A stretch of 63,918 nucleotides of DNA, the filler included, from Octopus bimaculoides (lineage: Eukaryota): the NCBI RefSeq assembly GCF_001194135.2. It is 7 parts of 6 records of this genome, joined end to end, with 100 filler letters (N's around TTAATTAATTAA, not from the genome) between each part and the next. Parts side by side here need not be neighbours in the genome. Positions count along the whole stretch, not along the records: positions 1 to 31,415 come from NC_068985.1; 6 more parts are not named here. One strand, written 5' to 3'. A program made the translations under genes and the position numbers. The notes beneath the pieces were generated by a model. The model searched no databases, was not told the origin of the DNA, and was given only the letters and a program-made list of their open reading frames with translations. This document shows positions 13,460 through 26,788 of the stretch, piece by piece (position 1 is the first letter of the stretch; each line of letters begins with the position of its first letter).

Positions 13460-14136
13460 GGTACAGGACGTTACCAGCAGTTTACAACATGAAAGGCGAA
13501 AACATATGAGTAAAATACGCAAATGATGAGAGAAAAATGGAAAAGACAAGTAATACAAAGAACGATCCTACGTCAGTTCTCGGCTGTCTATCTACTCTAC
13601 ATCTCGAGCAATCAACGATAATACGAGTCTTCGAAGACAGCTGCTCCCAAAAATACTAAAATAAAATTTTGGATTTTCTGGAGGGTCAATGTTAGGAACA
13701 AAACTTGGAGAGTGCAGACATACAGGGAAACTGAACGAAAAGAAACCTGAAGGGTCGTTAGACCTGAACAAGGGGAACAAAGTGAACTATTTTCTTTGAA
13801 AGGAGTAAAAGATAGAAGAGAGAGATAAGAAATTCTAGGATGAAAAATATGGAAAGAAAGATGTGAGGAAAAGAAAGCTGGACGATGGTCACGTGTGCGC
13901 ATAGGAGACAGAAAAAGTAAAAGATGGAGAGAGAGACAGATAGAGAACGGCGAAATGAAGAAAAAGGGAATTAGAAAGGATGGGGAGAAAACAGTATAGA
14001 GTCGCATCAAAATGGTCGTTCTTTGTATTATTTCTATTACTTTTCTTGTTTTCCATTCTTTTGTCGTTATTTGCGTATCTAACTCATTTGGTTTCGTATT
14101 TTATGTTGTTTCCTGTTGGTGACATCCTGTACCCAT
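13457..14136. mobile_element. Foldback element with about 110-bp imperfect terminal inverted repeats (PLE-associated family)
   Basis: Left atgggtacaggacgttaccagcag...taatacaaagaacga versus right tcgttctttgtatt...ggtgacatcctgtacccat; same family as 39245-39584 and 41891-42035. Confidence 0.7.
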
Positions 14137-14250
14137 ATATGCATATGTATATACATGTATATATGTGCGTTAAACTAATACATCTGTTTGTTGTCTACGC
14201 CACTCGTCTTCGTCTTTTTTTGTGAATTCTTCCTATGTAAATACATGTAT

Positions 14251-14283
<33 letters not shown>

Positions 14284-14466
14284 NNNNNNNNNNNNNNNNN
14301 NNNNNNNNNNNNNNNNNNNNNNNNNNNNNNNNNNNNNNNNNNNNNNNNNNNNNNNNNNNNNNNNNNNNNNNNNNNNNNNNNNNNNNNNNNNNNNNNNNNN
14401 NNNNNNNNNNNNNNNNNNNNNNNNNNNNNNNNNNNNNNNNNNNNNNNNNNNNNNNNNNNNNNNNNN

Positions 14467-14537
<71 letters not shown>

Positions 14538-15812
14538 GAAACCTATTAAATGGACGTTTTACTTTAACTTCCAGTGGTAAACGATTTTGTTCGAAGTAAC
14601 TAGGTATATTAAAAAAGCTTCATTTTGCATTTAAATGCTTTTTAGCACTACATCAAACATGATTAACATAGCTTTCGGCAAAGGCATTTCCTCTGTTACC
14701 CTCTCATTCATCAAGATTTTTGTAATGCGCCTTCTCACTTTCCATGTGATTTAAAATTGATCTGCATAACTGTTTGTAATAGGTTCAGCACACTCGTAGT
14801 GACAACTTAGCTGGCTTATAATTGATATAGTCTGAAAATTAAAGTGGTGTGTCCTATTTGACCGTGTCTTGAAGTAGACACTACAGCTTCAAGCACTTAT
14901 AGTTAGAAACCTTTAGTCTCTACTTCATTTCATCACACAATAAAACATGTAGCTTAATATTGACTTCAAATCTATTCTCTAATGCAGAAGCTATTCTTCT
15001 AACAATTATAGCAACAGATAATTGGGATGCATGCTTAATTACATTTCGTAATTTAGTCTCCCAACTAGTCACTTCATACAATACATACATAATTTCATTG
15101 ATTACAACACCCTCCCGACTGGACTACTAAGTGAAGTGTGTGAGAATACTAACTTATAACATTATACATTACAAACTAATGCTGGATTAAAATCGGTAGT
15201 TTTGTGTGGATGCCTATGACACTTACCGTAAAATATTCATGCATTTCTCAAGAGTTCAGAGATGTAATTGAACCAGTCATAACTGGGTATCGAAAGTAAA
15301 TATTAGCCACTTTAAACTTAATACTTGTCATTCTTATTTCAAGAAACTTGTTACGCTCTGTAGTTCCACAAGTAGTTTGCAAAATTCCCTGATATGAACA
15401 CTCTCTTTTTTCTCATGATGAATTTCAACTTACGTTTCGTGTTCTACTACTGCTGAGTACATCTAGCAGCTGATAGTTCAACAAACGGAAATGCTGATAT
15501 AACTCGAGGATTTTTCTCTACATATGTAGGCGGAGGGTTAAATGACAATTTTATCCACGTCAAATCATGTTAATTAGATTTTTTAAATCAATTTCCTGTC
15601 TGTCAAAGGAATAATACCTTGTTTTACACAGCGCACAGAAAGTCTAGATCTAAACCATTAAATCTGAACGATGAAAACTATAAGACAAATGAGTAATCAT
15701 TAACACATGCACCACGTGGACGCAAACAAATACACGAACATATATTGGTTAGATTGTAATGTTATACATGTCAATATACAAACATATATATGTGTGTGTA
15801 TTTGTGTGTGTC

Positions 15813-15880
<68 letters not shown>

Positions 15881-16024
15881 TCACATTGTGTGTCTATGTG
15901 TGTATCCGTGCGAGCGACCTGCCACCGGTGCAAATAGGTAGCTATGTGTGTATGTGTGTGCATACATTTATGTGCTCGTATATGAACGAATAAATATACT
16001 ATGTATATGTATATCTGTATGCGT

Positions 16025-16165
16025 GCATGGTAAATGTTTCTATTTTTCATTCCCTTTGGAAATTATCGTTAATTGTGGTGTGGAATTTTGACTGCTCCTA
16101 CTAGCGGGTTAGATGTCCTATTATGGACATCTCTGATGTGTTTAAATGTACATTGTATTTTAAAT
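16025..16165 (+). repeat. Second, truncated copy of the 11930-12062 repeat (no hammerhead)
   Basis: Direct sequence similarity to 11930-12062. Confidence 0.7.
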
Positions 16166-19100
16166 GAATTATATATGTATATATATATATATATATATAT
16201 GCGTATATATATTTTCAGGAACATACGCTCACACATACACATAACGCACACACACGCACAAACACATGTATATGTACACCTACCACTTACAAACATATAC
16301 ATAATTATGTATTTGTGAGTGCCTGCCTATGTGTCTGTGTGGATAACTTTTGAATATAACTATAACTACATCATCTGTAAATATTGTGCGGTGATTCTCC
16401 CAACCTTTTGTTATTCAGGGGTTTTTAACATAATGCTCGCTAATTGAGAATGTTACCAGGAGTAATTTCGGTTTCTATTAGAAGCTATTTATTTGAACTA
16501 ATATTTAATTCGCCTCTCATTGATTCTTTAAATGTAATATTCTATTTAATATATTTCGTCAGCCATTTAGCAGCGGTAATAGGAACTTTTCTACTGATAT
16601 CCACTATAGAAAAAAATATTCTTTATTGGACAGGGAATTTCCGATGAAATCATTTAATCTGTATCGCTGCTGTGTTTCACGTGATAAATACAGGACATGA
16701 TTCGATATATTTATATCTCGAAAGTGTTTCAATTTTTAGTATCAGTGAAAGAAATACTTTTAGCAAGTATTATTTATTCAGATTAGAACTAACTGAATTT
16801 ATGGGGCCAGCAGCTATAATCTATCTTGCGACAAAGTTATGCTCATCTGGATCTGTAACGCATAAATTTATATGGGAAAATATTTCTTTGTAACTTACGC
16901 CAGGACAAATGGTCCTAAATATATTAAATATCAATCGACGAGATGCAATTTTATATATCGTACAACTTAGGAATTTATTAACGCCCACGTCCTTGTGGTA
17001 AAATATATGGGCGGCTTTGTTTTTTATGCACTTAAATTATAGAAGTATTGAAATACTAAACAACAGTAGTCGGATGCATTTTTCATGGAGTTTCTTCTCT
17101 TGTTTTTCTAACAGAGGATTTTGGGAATGTCGATTTGGTATTGTACTTATGGCAAAACTTCGAAGAAACACTTTTGCAAAAATTCTTCTAAATACGTTTC
17201 GGTAAACTGTTCATATTATTTATACTGAACGGATAAAAGCAACGTTACTGTTGAAGGATATTTAAGTATACTTGTTTCTCTGGTTTTAAAAATATTTAAA
17301 AAATAATAATTGTTTATCTCTCACATTTAAATAGATATAGCTACTTTGCATCGTGTGAATGAATATATGTTCCGATATTTGACCGATTACATAAAACACC
17401 TATCGGAATATATGCAGGATTCTTCTCCACCAAGTAGACTAATTAGATGAAAGAAAAGAATATGCATCTCATAGCCCATAAATAAGCTAAATCATATGTT
17501 TCAACAAGAAGAGTGCATGGCTGACGTAACTATTTCTGCTTTACCATAAATGTATGTATTATTCCTGATATGCATTTAAAGAACAGTATTCTTTGAGCCG
17601 GTGTCTTAATGAGATTGTTGTATAAAATGTTTATCAATGGTAACATCGTAACTGATTTTATCTACAAGTAAAATAGAAATGAGATTTTGATTGTAAAAAC
17701 ATAAATAAAATAAATATGAAATTCGTTTTCTTTGTGGTTCCGTTCTTTCACTCATAATCACAATCTTGACGCTGCAATTTTATTTTCTGCCACTTGGATG
17801 ATAATTAGTTTCATATTACTGCATATGTGACTGACATAGCAATACATTCAGACTAGCATCAGAATAATAAGTGGAGTTATACGATGTCGAGAAGTGATTG
17901 AGGTAGCATTTTTTGCGCAAATTTATGATGACTTCCTATCTAACTCGGTGATTCTCAGAATGTTCGTATCTGCAATAATAGCGCAACGGCATATTCTTAC
18001 AGCAACAATTGGAAGAATTAATATTTCAAACCTATTGAGAACACAAGAATTCATTAAAGATTCCTAAAGAAAAATATGGGAATGAAAGAATTGCCTACGC
18101 AAATTTTTTTTATGTAGCGTACATGAATGATGTGAAATATAGAAAAGTATTTAACTGACAAAATAAACCCAAGCAAAAGTGGACAACAAAAACGGATATT
18201 TAAATAAATGAATGAAAAACACGCGTTTACGGAATAAATTAAACTGAAGATACATTTCAAAAATAAAACCAAAGAAAGTTAATATATTCCAAAGTCCAAT
18301 GAGCTGTCAACTGAAATTATTATTCAAGAGGCTAAGAACTGGAATGAAGAGCTATTATGCAGTAGAGATATGGATCTGAGACGTCTGATAGAGAAACTTT
18401 ACGCTACGTAATAATGGAACTGCCCAGTCAAGAAATATAGATTACATTTCTGAAACATAAATATAGAAAAAATGATATAAAACAAGCAGAAATTTAAAGA
18501 TATCCGATGGGAAATACCCTATTACATACATGAGACGAAGAGAGACATCTCATGTCAGTGAATTATAAAGTTTTAGCATGTCATGCCAAATTTGGTTGTC
18601 TATAAACCTGTCGAGGAAATAAATGAAGATTCAAAATTAAAATAACAGTAAACTGTGAATAAAAAATCGAGTGGAAAGTATCGATTGCAAATTGTGCATT
18701 GGGTAAAGATTTCAAAGTTATATTGGATATCTTCTAAATATCGGCCACGATGCCTAATTTTGTTAAAGGATTACAATTCGAGTGTGTCTCTTTTCCATAT
18801 AAATCTTAAAGAATATATCAGCAACCGATTTCGTTTGTATGTAAAGTTAGACAGTTATGTGACTGTGTTGCATTCACAGGTTCATCATGCGAAAACTTAT
18901 CACGATTTCGGTATCTTTAAGAGAATGAGGGCACAAAATTTTCTCATCAAAGGATCTTACGCAAACTTAAAGTTAATTCCCATTCGTCTAGCAACTGCTA
19001 GGACCCATTTCCAGCTTAGAGGAGGACAGCGACACAAAATGAAGAATGCTATTAAAGTCTGCCACAAGGCCCGGTTATCTGTATAATTCCCGTTGGCAAC

Positions 19101-20671
19101 ATTTTAAGAGAAACATTTGTCATTGCTGTTTGTCAGTTTAACTGATCTAGATTTTGAAATACTTTGTATAGAAACCTGTACAGACATGTATGTGTGTATA
19201 TAAAGAAAGAGTGAGGAGGAGAGGTAGACAGACACAGAGGCGTATAATCTGTATATATATATGTGTGTATATGCATACACAAATATACACGCACGATCAC
19301 ACAGATACGCATGTGTGTGAAAGTGTTGCTGCATAGAGCACACTGAATAAACATCACACATATTGACGGCTAATATGTAACCAAGATGTTGTAACATAAC
19401 GTTTTATATTAGAGTGTATTAGAATACAAACTTGGGAAAGTTAGGTGTATCTGGGGACACTATATTTATTTCTCCAGATGATAGCTTGTAAATTAAGTAC
19501 AAGAAATATTACAGTGTTTGTATAAAGGATCTGTGATCTTATTGGACAGGAATCAGGGTAAGTCACCACGTCATGAAAAATAACAGACATAAAAAGAGCA
19601 ACACTATTATATTTACATTAAAAATAAACAAAAATATCGTAAATTCTTTTGCTGCTGGAAATATACTATGAATCGAAATTCATATCGCATATATAATTCG
19701 ATGTTTATTATATCATCAATAATAACCATCCATTCGGTTGTGCTATATACAGTGGTCCTACATATGTCTTTCACTCATTCAAAGAAGACGTGTTACTTAA
19801 CAGGTATTTTTTAGCACTATTGAATGCTATAACTATTCCTGTCAATAAATGTGAGAAGAAAATATGTAATCAGTCCGGTGTCCATTCTTGCATCAAAATC
19901 GCATTTTTAACTAAAGCGATGCTTTGATGCGATAGCCAAATCGGAACCTTACTGTAAAGTTTTCTGTCACCCGGACTCTAAGTTTGAAGATACTTTCTCT
20001 GGTTGAAATCACCATGTTCAAACCAGTGAGCACGCAAAACTGCAATGAGCTTTTAAAGCAAACAGCTCTACCTATGTTTAGAGAACCAACGCGAGAATAA
20101 ATTAGACTTAGAAAGTAGAAAACAATTTGAACTACGAAATTGTAAGGAAGAGAAGTCAATAGAGTAATGTCACTACACACCAATTCTTTTTAATCTATGT
20201 ATTAAATTGTTTCATTTAAGGTATTAAACTATACTTTATGTATTATTCTTTCCTAGCGTTTTCACAACACCTTAACTGTCAACCAGAAGATACTTTTGTA
20301 ACCGATCTTGCTATTTGAACTCAAGATACAAATGTTACAGCTAAATCCGGCATATGACTTTTTCTGTGAACCTAATGATATTCACACTACCCAAATCAGG
20401 TCTTTATACTAATGTCTTATATATACGCTATGTTTGACATATTTTGTGGACGATAAAATGACCAGATCTTAGGCATTACGCTCTGTGTAATTTGGCTAAA
20501 GCAGTGCAAAATGTTAAAATGCAAATTTTATTTCGCATGGGTTTGAACTCAAGATCTTAAAGAAATCAAGAGGATAAATTTGGCCCAAAGTTCTACCAAT
20601 CTCTTTAGAGCAAATGATTCGCTTTTAATTTTCAAATAATTAATTATCAATTTTCAACTCAATATTCTAAT

Positions 20672-20895
20672 AATCTAAAAGGTGACGAACTAGTAGAATC
20701 GTTAGCGCGCCGAGCAAATCACTCTGTAGCGTTTCGTTCGTCTTTACCTTCTGAACTGAAATTCCACCGGAGTCAACTTCGCATTTCGTCCTTTGTCGGT
20801 CGATCAAATAAGTACCAGTTGAGTATTGGAGCCGATGCAATCGACTTACTGCCTCTCCCTCCAACTTGTTGGCTTCGTGTCAAAATCTGAACTTA
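20672..20895 (+). mobile_element. SINE family B (tRNA-like head, Deu/Nin-like domain gactttgcctttcatcc...gtcgataaaataagtacc)
   Basis: A-box-like tagtagaatcg, degenerate B-box, gtcgatcaaataagtaccagttg; many in-window relatives. The domain name is recalled, not searched. Confidence 0.75.
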
Positions 20896-20960
20896 ATATT
20901 TTTCGGTTCCTTAAATAAGAATGAAATAAATATTGTGTTTAATAGGATCGCCTTATCCCA

Positions 20961-21060
20961 AGACGGCGAGCTGCAAGAATCGTTAAAAAACTGGCAAAAT
21001 GCTTAGCATCCGTTCTTCCGGATATTCCGTCTAGTTGAGTTTGCCTTTCATCATTTCTGC
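20961..21060 (+). mobile_element. SINE family B, internally deleted
   Basis: aagacggcgagctgcaagaatcgtt...aaatgcttagc...tttgcctttcatc. Confidence 0.6.
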
Positions 21061-21574
21061 TTCAATAAAAGAGTTAAAAGTAGAGGATTGGGTCTGATAA
21101 CAATAAAATTGTTCTACAATTCCAGGCCATTATATTTTCGGTTATTTCAAAACGACATTACAATGAACTTCAAATGCAATTTTGTGAAAACATGAATAAA
21201 AATATATGGGATCGGTGAGGTTGGAGCTGTGGTGTGTGTTTTGTGCGTTTGTGTCCATGTTTAATCGGATAGTTAATAACTCTGGTTAGTTGTCAAAATT
21301 TTCTGGCTTTTACGAAATATCTGACTTTCTGTTAAATTTCTATGGCCATTTTTTACTTATCACCGAAGGATTGTGACTGGAACAGTCTTCTGAAGTAAGC
21401 ATTACGTCCCACGCGAAGCTGTAACTCATGATCCGTTTCGCCAATTTCTAGGAAATTAACGGAAAACCAGATACCAATTGGGTATAATTATTCACTCCAT
21501 ATACTGAAAGTATCACTCGCTTCATCTGACAACTGGAACGATTTTGATCTGTCTCTGAGGCGAAATAGCTAGGG

Positions 21575-21742
21575 TGCGGGACTAAATGACAGTCCTTATG
21601 ACCGGAGTTCAAATTCCACCGAGGTCGACTTTGCCTGTCGTCATTCCGACATCGATAAATTGAGAAACTTTTGAGTACTGGGGTCGATGAAATGGACTTA
21701 AAACTTCATTTAAATTTGAGGCCTTGTGCCTATAATAAAAAA
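21575..21742 (+). mobile_element. SINE family B
   Basis: gagttcaaattccaccgaggtcgactttgcc...atcgataaatt...tactggggtcgat...ggccttgtgcct. Confidence 0.75.
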
Positions 21743-21817
21743 AGCTGCTGATGATGATCATTATTATTATTATTGTTGTTGTTGTTGTTGTTGTTGTTGT
21801 CGTTGTGGCTGTTGTTG

Positions 21818-21872
<55 letters not shown>

Positions 21873-22175
21873 CATCATCATCATCATTTTGTAAAACCGG
21901 GTACTGATTCTATTATCTCGTTTGATCAACCGACATGTTCCGGGTGTGACCAATACCTTGAAAATGGATCTGGNNNNNNNNNNNNNNNNNNNNNNNNNNN
22001 NNNNNNNNNNNNNNNNNNNNNNNNNNNNNNNNNNNNNNNNNNNNNNNNNNNNNNNNNNNNNNNNNNNNNNNNNNNNNNNNNNNNNNNNNNNNNNNNNNNN
22101 NNNNNNNNNNNNNNNNNNNNNNNNNNNNNNNNNNNNNNNNNNNNNNNNNNNNNNNNNNNNNNNNNNNNNNNNNNN

Positions 22176-22209
<34 letters not shown>

Positions 22210-22263
22210 CATAGATGAACCTAAATATGTGCGTGTGTCTGTCTGGCTGGCTGGCTGGCTGGC

Positions 22264-23060
22264 TGTCCATCTATAGCAAGAAATGATAGAGCTTCTATGG
22301 AAAACCTAAAAGCTAATTCTTGCGTAAACCTTTACGCCGAAGACAATGGACGTGGTCCCGAGTCTTTACATGCCCTCCTAAGGGACCTATTTGACCATAT
22401 TCGATATACCCTAGTCCCCAAGTAAATGACCGGTCTAAGACAGATAACTAAAAGTGCTATAATATATAGAACTTTAGTATTACGACAAACAAGAATTCAA
22501 ATAATTTTTCTTACATGAATATAGTATGACGTTGAAAATGGTTGTGCGAAAGAGCAATCATGGTGCCAAAGAATGTTACTGCAAATAATTCAATGAAAGA
22601 CTCGAGAAAGTTTTACCAGGCAATTAACATACTTATAAATCTATAAAGTTTGTTATTGACGTCTCGAGAATTGTCAATTACCAGGTTGAGTTCTTAAACT
22701 CCCTGGAACCACAAGGAGCTCTTCATTATTCCCTTCGATTGAAAATAGGCGCTCTAATCAAGCCCCTGCAGAACGTTTATCACCCAAAGCTGTACAATGA
22801 CAGAAGACTTGTGAAGAAATTAAGGAGAATTGTCATAGAAACCACAATAATTTCTGTCTGTGGAAAAGGTGACGATGATAAACATCGCTTATCTTTAATA
22901 CCCTCGCTTATCTTTTATACCCTTAAATATGTCCGTATTTCCAATACGTCTGTCTAATGCCAATAGCATTAGAAAGTTCCAAGATCAGACTCTAAAAGTT
23001 GCTGTTTTACAATTAGGGAGGAACTGTTTTTCACATAGTTAGATATATGTTGGAGCTGCC
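22264..23060 (+). mobile_element. Helitron deletion derivative with PIF1-like helicase C-terminal remnant
   Basis: [15 protein letters not shown]...LRLKIGA...[11 protein letters not shown]...LVKKL...[15 protein letters not shown]...LSLIPS...FPIRLS...KFQDQTLKVA...CFSH matches the Helitron helicase pattern YPxEFLNSL...LKVG...LRN...LCNG...FPVRLAFAMTINKSQGQTL...FSHGQLY. Confidence 0.85.
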
Positions 23061-23070
23061 TTGTGTGTGT

Positions 23071-23187
<117 letters not shown>

Positions 23188-23189
23188 TA

Positions 23190-23778
23190 TCTGACTGACT
23201 GTCCATCTATTGCAAGAGAGCTACATCATTTTTATAAAAACTAGAAGGTAAGTCTTGTGTAAAATGTTACGCCGAAGGCAGTGGAAGTGCTTCCGAGTCC
23301 CTGCACGCCGCCCTGCGGAAGCTACGGGGCCCTTTTCCAACATGTTTGACATGCCCCTGTTCCCAAATAAATGACTGCTCTAAGGGATATTATTAGACGT
23401 GCTATAATTCATTCAAATTTATTATTAGATCAAATATATAAACTCTTTTATTGACGACTTTATAATTAGAGAAGGACTATTTCTCACACGGTCAGTTATA
23501 TATTGAGACATCCAAAGTGGGGAGCAAGAGTAATCTTTTCATTTTTGCCCCTACTGGTAAAACCCGAAACATTGTCTATAAGGAAGTTTTTATTAGGGAC
23601 CGATAAACTAAAATTTGTAGAATTATTAATAACTTCGAATCGATATTTTCAAGGTTACACTATATTCGTCTAAGAAAAGCTATTCATATTTTTGTTTGCT
23701 TTAATACTTAAGCTCCATGAATTAAAGTATATATGCTTAGAGTTTTCCCGGAACTTATATTTAGTCATCTGGCACTAG
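23190..23778 (+). mobile_element. Second tandem Helitron derivative carrying the helicase extreme C-terminus
   Basis: Shares about 190 bp of 5' sequence with 22264-22460; then GLFSHGQLYIETSKVGSKSNLFIFAPTGKTRNIVYKEVF (about 23475-23590); possible CTAG|T 3' end at 23775-79. Confidence 0.75.
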
Positions 23779-23839
23779 TCATAATCCAAAGTCCGTGCGA
23801 GGTATGCTTCACTTATAGAGTGAAATACTAGAGAACATT

Positions 23840-25080
23840 CACCCAGCATGATTTTCGAGCAGGTAGAAGCTTTCTGAAACACCTCTTGGAACATTACGAC
23901 TGTTTGCTAAAGCATCTCCTCAACAACTCAAATGTGGACGTGATGCAACTCGACTTTGCAAAAGCCTTTGACATAGTCGACCATGGTATAACTTATCACA
24001 AGCTCCAGAACCTTGGCATATTTGGAAATCTTCGAGAATGTCTACATGACCTTCTAAAATATAGAAGTCAGGTGGTGGTGGTCAATGGGGCCACCTCCAA
24101 GAAAACACAAATAATGAGTAGTGTTTTATAGAGAAGCGTCATGCGGCTGTTGCCAGTCATAGTGGCCTTCTCTGGCCACCTCAGCTGCTCAAGTACCTAC
24201 CCCTGCTAGCTATGCAGACGATAGAAGAGTCTCTCAGAGGATACGAGGCCCTGGAGACTGTGTGCATCTGCAACGTGAGTTGGATACAATACACAGCTGG
24301 CCTGAGGAAAATTACATGCAATATAATGCTGGAAAATTCCAAGCCCTGCACTACCAACACAGGAAGCTCAATGAAAAGCAGATAGGATACACTGGCCCAG
24401 GAGGGATTCCAAACACTGAATCAAAACCCGTGCGTGATATCCACATCGACATGAGTAATAATGCATCTTTACAGGTACTCATTACTATGTAGGCAATAAA
24501 ATACAGACGTCTGGCCGCATCGATCCTTCAAACTTTCAAAACAAAAGAAATCGAATCCATAGGACATTCGTTCTCAGCCTTCATTATTAATGCTCCGAAC
24601 AGTGGTCACAAAACAGTGTAAAATTTACGATGAGCTCGAGGCGATCCAGCGATGTTACACAAGGAAGGTCGTTACAATGTGACATATCAGCTACCGGAAG
24701 ATATTGGAGTGAAGACGGGAAAGATGTGCAATAACAAACTTGTGAACATCCTAGAAAATGTTGCTCCAATCTTTTACATTGTCACTTACATAAATAACAT
24801 TTCTTATCAAATGTCCCAACATTGCCATCAAGATACAGGACAAGATACTGTAAAATTTTGGGTCTCAAAGGCTCAGACCTTCTCAGTATCCTCCTACAAA
24901 GCCTGACAGCACGGCGTAGATGTAGTATTTTTCAAAACAAAACTAGATCTCCTTCCACCAAGAGTTCTGGATGAGGGCACCGATGTCACATAACAGAAGA
25001 GGTTTAGTGAAAGTGTAGCAGATTAAAGGGCAGCGCCCAGCATGGCTCAGTCCTTGAGCAGAAACTCAGACGAAAGAAAA
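23840..25080 (+). mobile_element. CR1/L2-group LINE, 5'-truncated reverse transcriptase pseudogene with 3' tail
   Basis: QHDFRAGRS...LLEHYD...VDVMQLDFAKAFDIVDH...YRSQVVVVNG...YADD...LQRELDTIHSW...MQYNAGKF...ELEAIQRCYT...FKTKLD; stops and frameshifts. Confidence 0.9.
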
Positions 25081-25322
25081 TATATAATATATTTTATATA
25101 TANNNNNNNNNNNNNNNNNNNNNNNNNNNNNNNNNNNNNNNNNNNNNNNNNNNNNNNNNNNNNNNNNNNNNNNNNNNNNNNNNNNNNNNNNNNNNNNNNN
25201 NNNNNNNNNNNNNNNNNNNNNNNNNNNNNNNNNNNNNNNNNNNNNNNNNNNNNNNNNNNNNNNNNNNNNNNNNNNNNNNNNNNNNNNNNNNNNNNNNNNN
25301 NNNNNNNNNATATATATATAGG

Positions 25323-25359
<37 letters not shown>

Positions 25360-26352
25360 AGTGAGAGAGAGAGAGAGAGAAACAGAAAGAGCCACATTGA
25401 TGTATCATACTTAATACAAATACATCTTTCAAAAGCAAATTTGGTGCGATAATATCTATACCAGATGTAGATTAAAGAGACGCCAGCATCTTATTTGCGA
25501 GAAAGCCAGAGGCATTTCAGCCTCGGCGGGCTTTCTCACTGGTGTGTAGTCATATATAGCTTCATAATTTCCACTATATAGAAAATCAGAGTAGAAAACA
25601 TTCACTGATATGGCGTAAAGCTCTCTGATCGACTAAAAACTCAGTTATAAATATCTTGTCCTTGCTTTTGTCACGCGAATTGCAAAATCATCCAGTAATT
25701 TGAATGAAGAAAACATATTCTAATAGAGAAATATGTCCAGAAAAACCGGACAATGAGCTGGGTTAATTGATGAGGCAACGGATACTTTCGGAACTGATGT
25801 CAGTCTTAAGAACGCTCCGCCAGCATTTTTCAGACAATTATAGTCCTTATTAGTGCATATGTTTTTGTTCCTGTGCGTTAACTACAGCATTAGAGCATTT
25901 TAGCTTTTATTTCTAGCAATGTAGATGTTTTTTTTTTTTCAAAGCCTAGTCACATTTAGAGACAATTATACTTCTCCTTTTTGATAAAACATTACAACCT
26001 GCTGTTTATATTAATTTTGTATGTATATATGGTGTGGAAGAATGTGTTTGATTAATTGTCTAAATACATCAAGAAATATCGCACGTTGTTTTTACGTTTT
26101 CAGTACCTGACAGTTCGTCCTCTACATTCTGTGGGCGTATGAGTCAGAGTGAAAGTTCAGTTAATCAAGCGACTTGAATACTGAATGCGGATTTATTCAT
26201 CGTATCAAAACACAAACACGCTAATCTATCATAACAAACGTTTTTTTTAATTTTCTTATTTGTTCACCTATGTTCTGATGCTGTCCTACTTAATTTGTTA
26301 CTTATTGTCGTGCTGAGTAAGCAGCAAATTTGCACAAGGCATTCGTGTGTAT

Positions 26353-26402
<50 letters not shown>

Positions 26403-26422
26403 CTAGACAGATATGTAGATAA

Positions 26423-26480
<58 letters not shown>

Positions 26481-26653
26481 GCACTGAGAAATATCAAACA
26501 GATAACAATAGACAAAATGGGTAGTTCAAGATTTGAAAAAATAAAAAAGAAATGTCAAAAGTGTAAAAATGATATGGTGTATGTACGGTGGAGTATACTG
26601 TTTACAAACAAGTGATGAATAAGCATTGAAAACACTTTCAAATACACACATCC

Positions 26654-26729
<76 letters not shown>

Positions 26730-26748
26730 ATGTATGTATGTATGTATG

Positions 26749-26788
<40 letters not shown>

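Noticed and set aside
18655-19086. 143-aa ORF
   Set aside because: No recognisable motif or splice context; composition matches AT-rich non-coding DNA.
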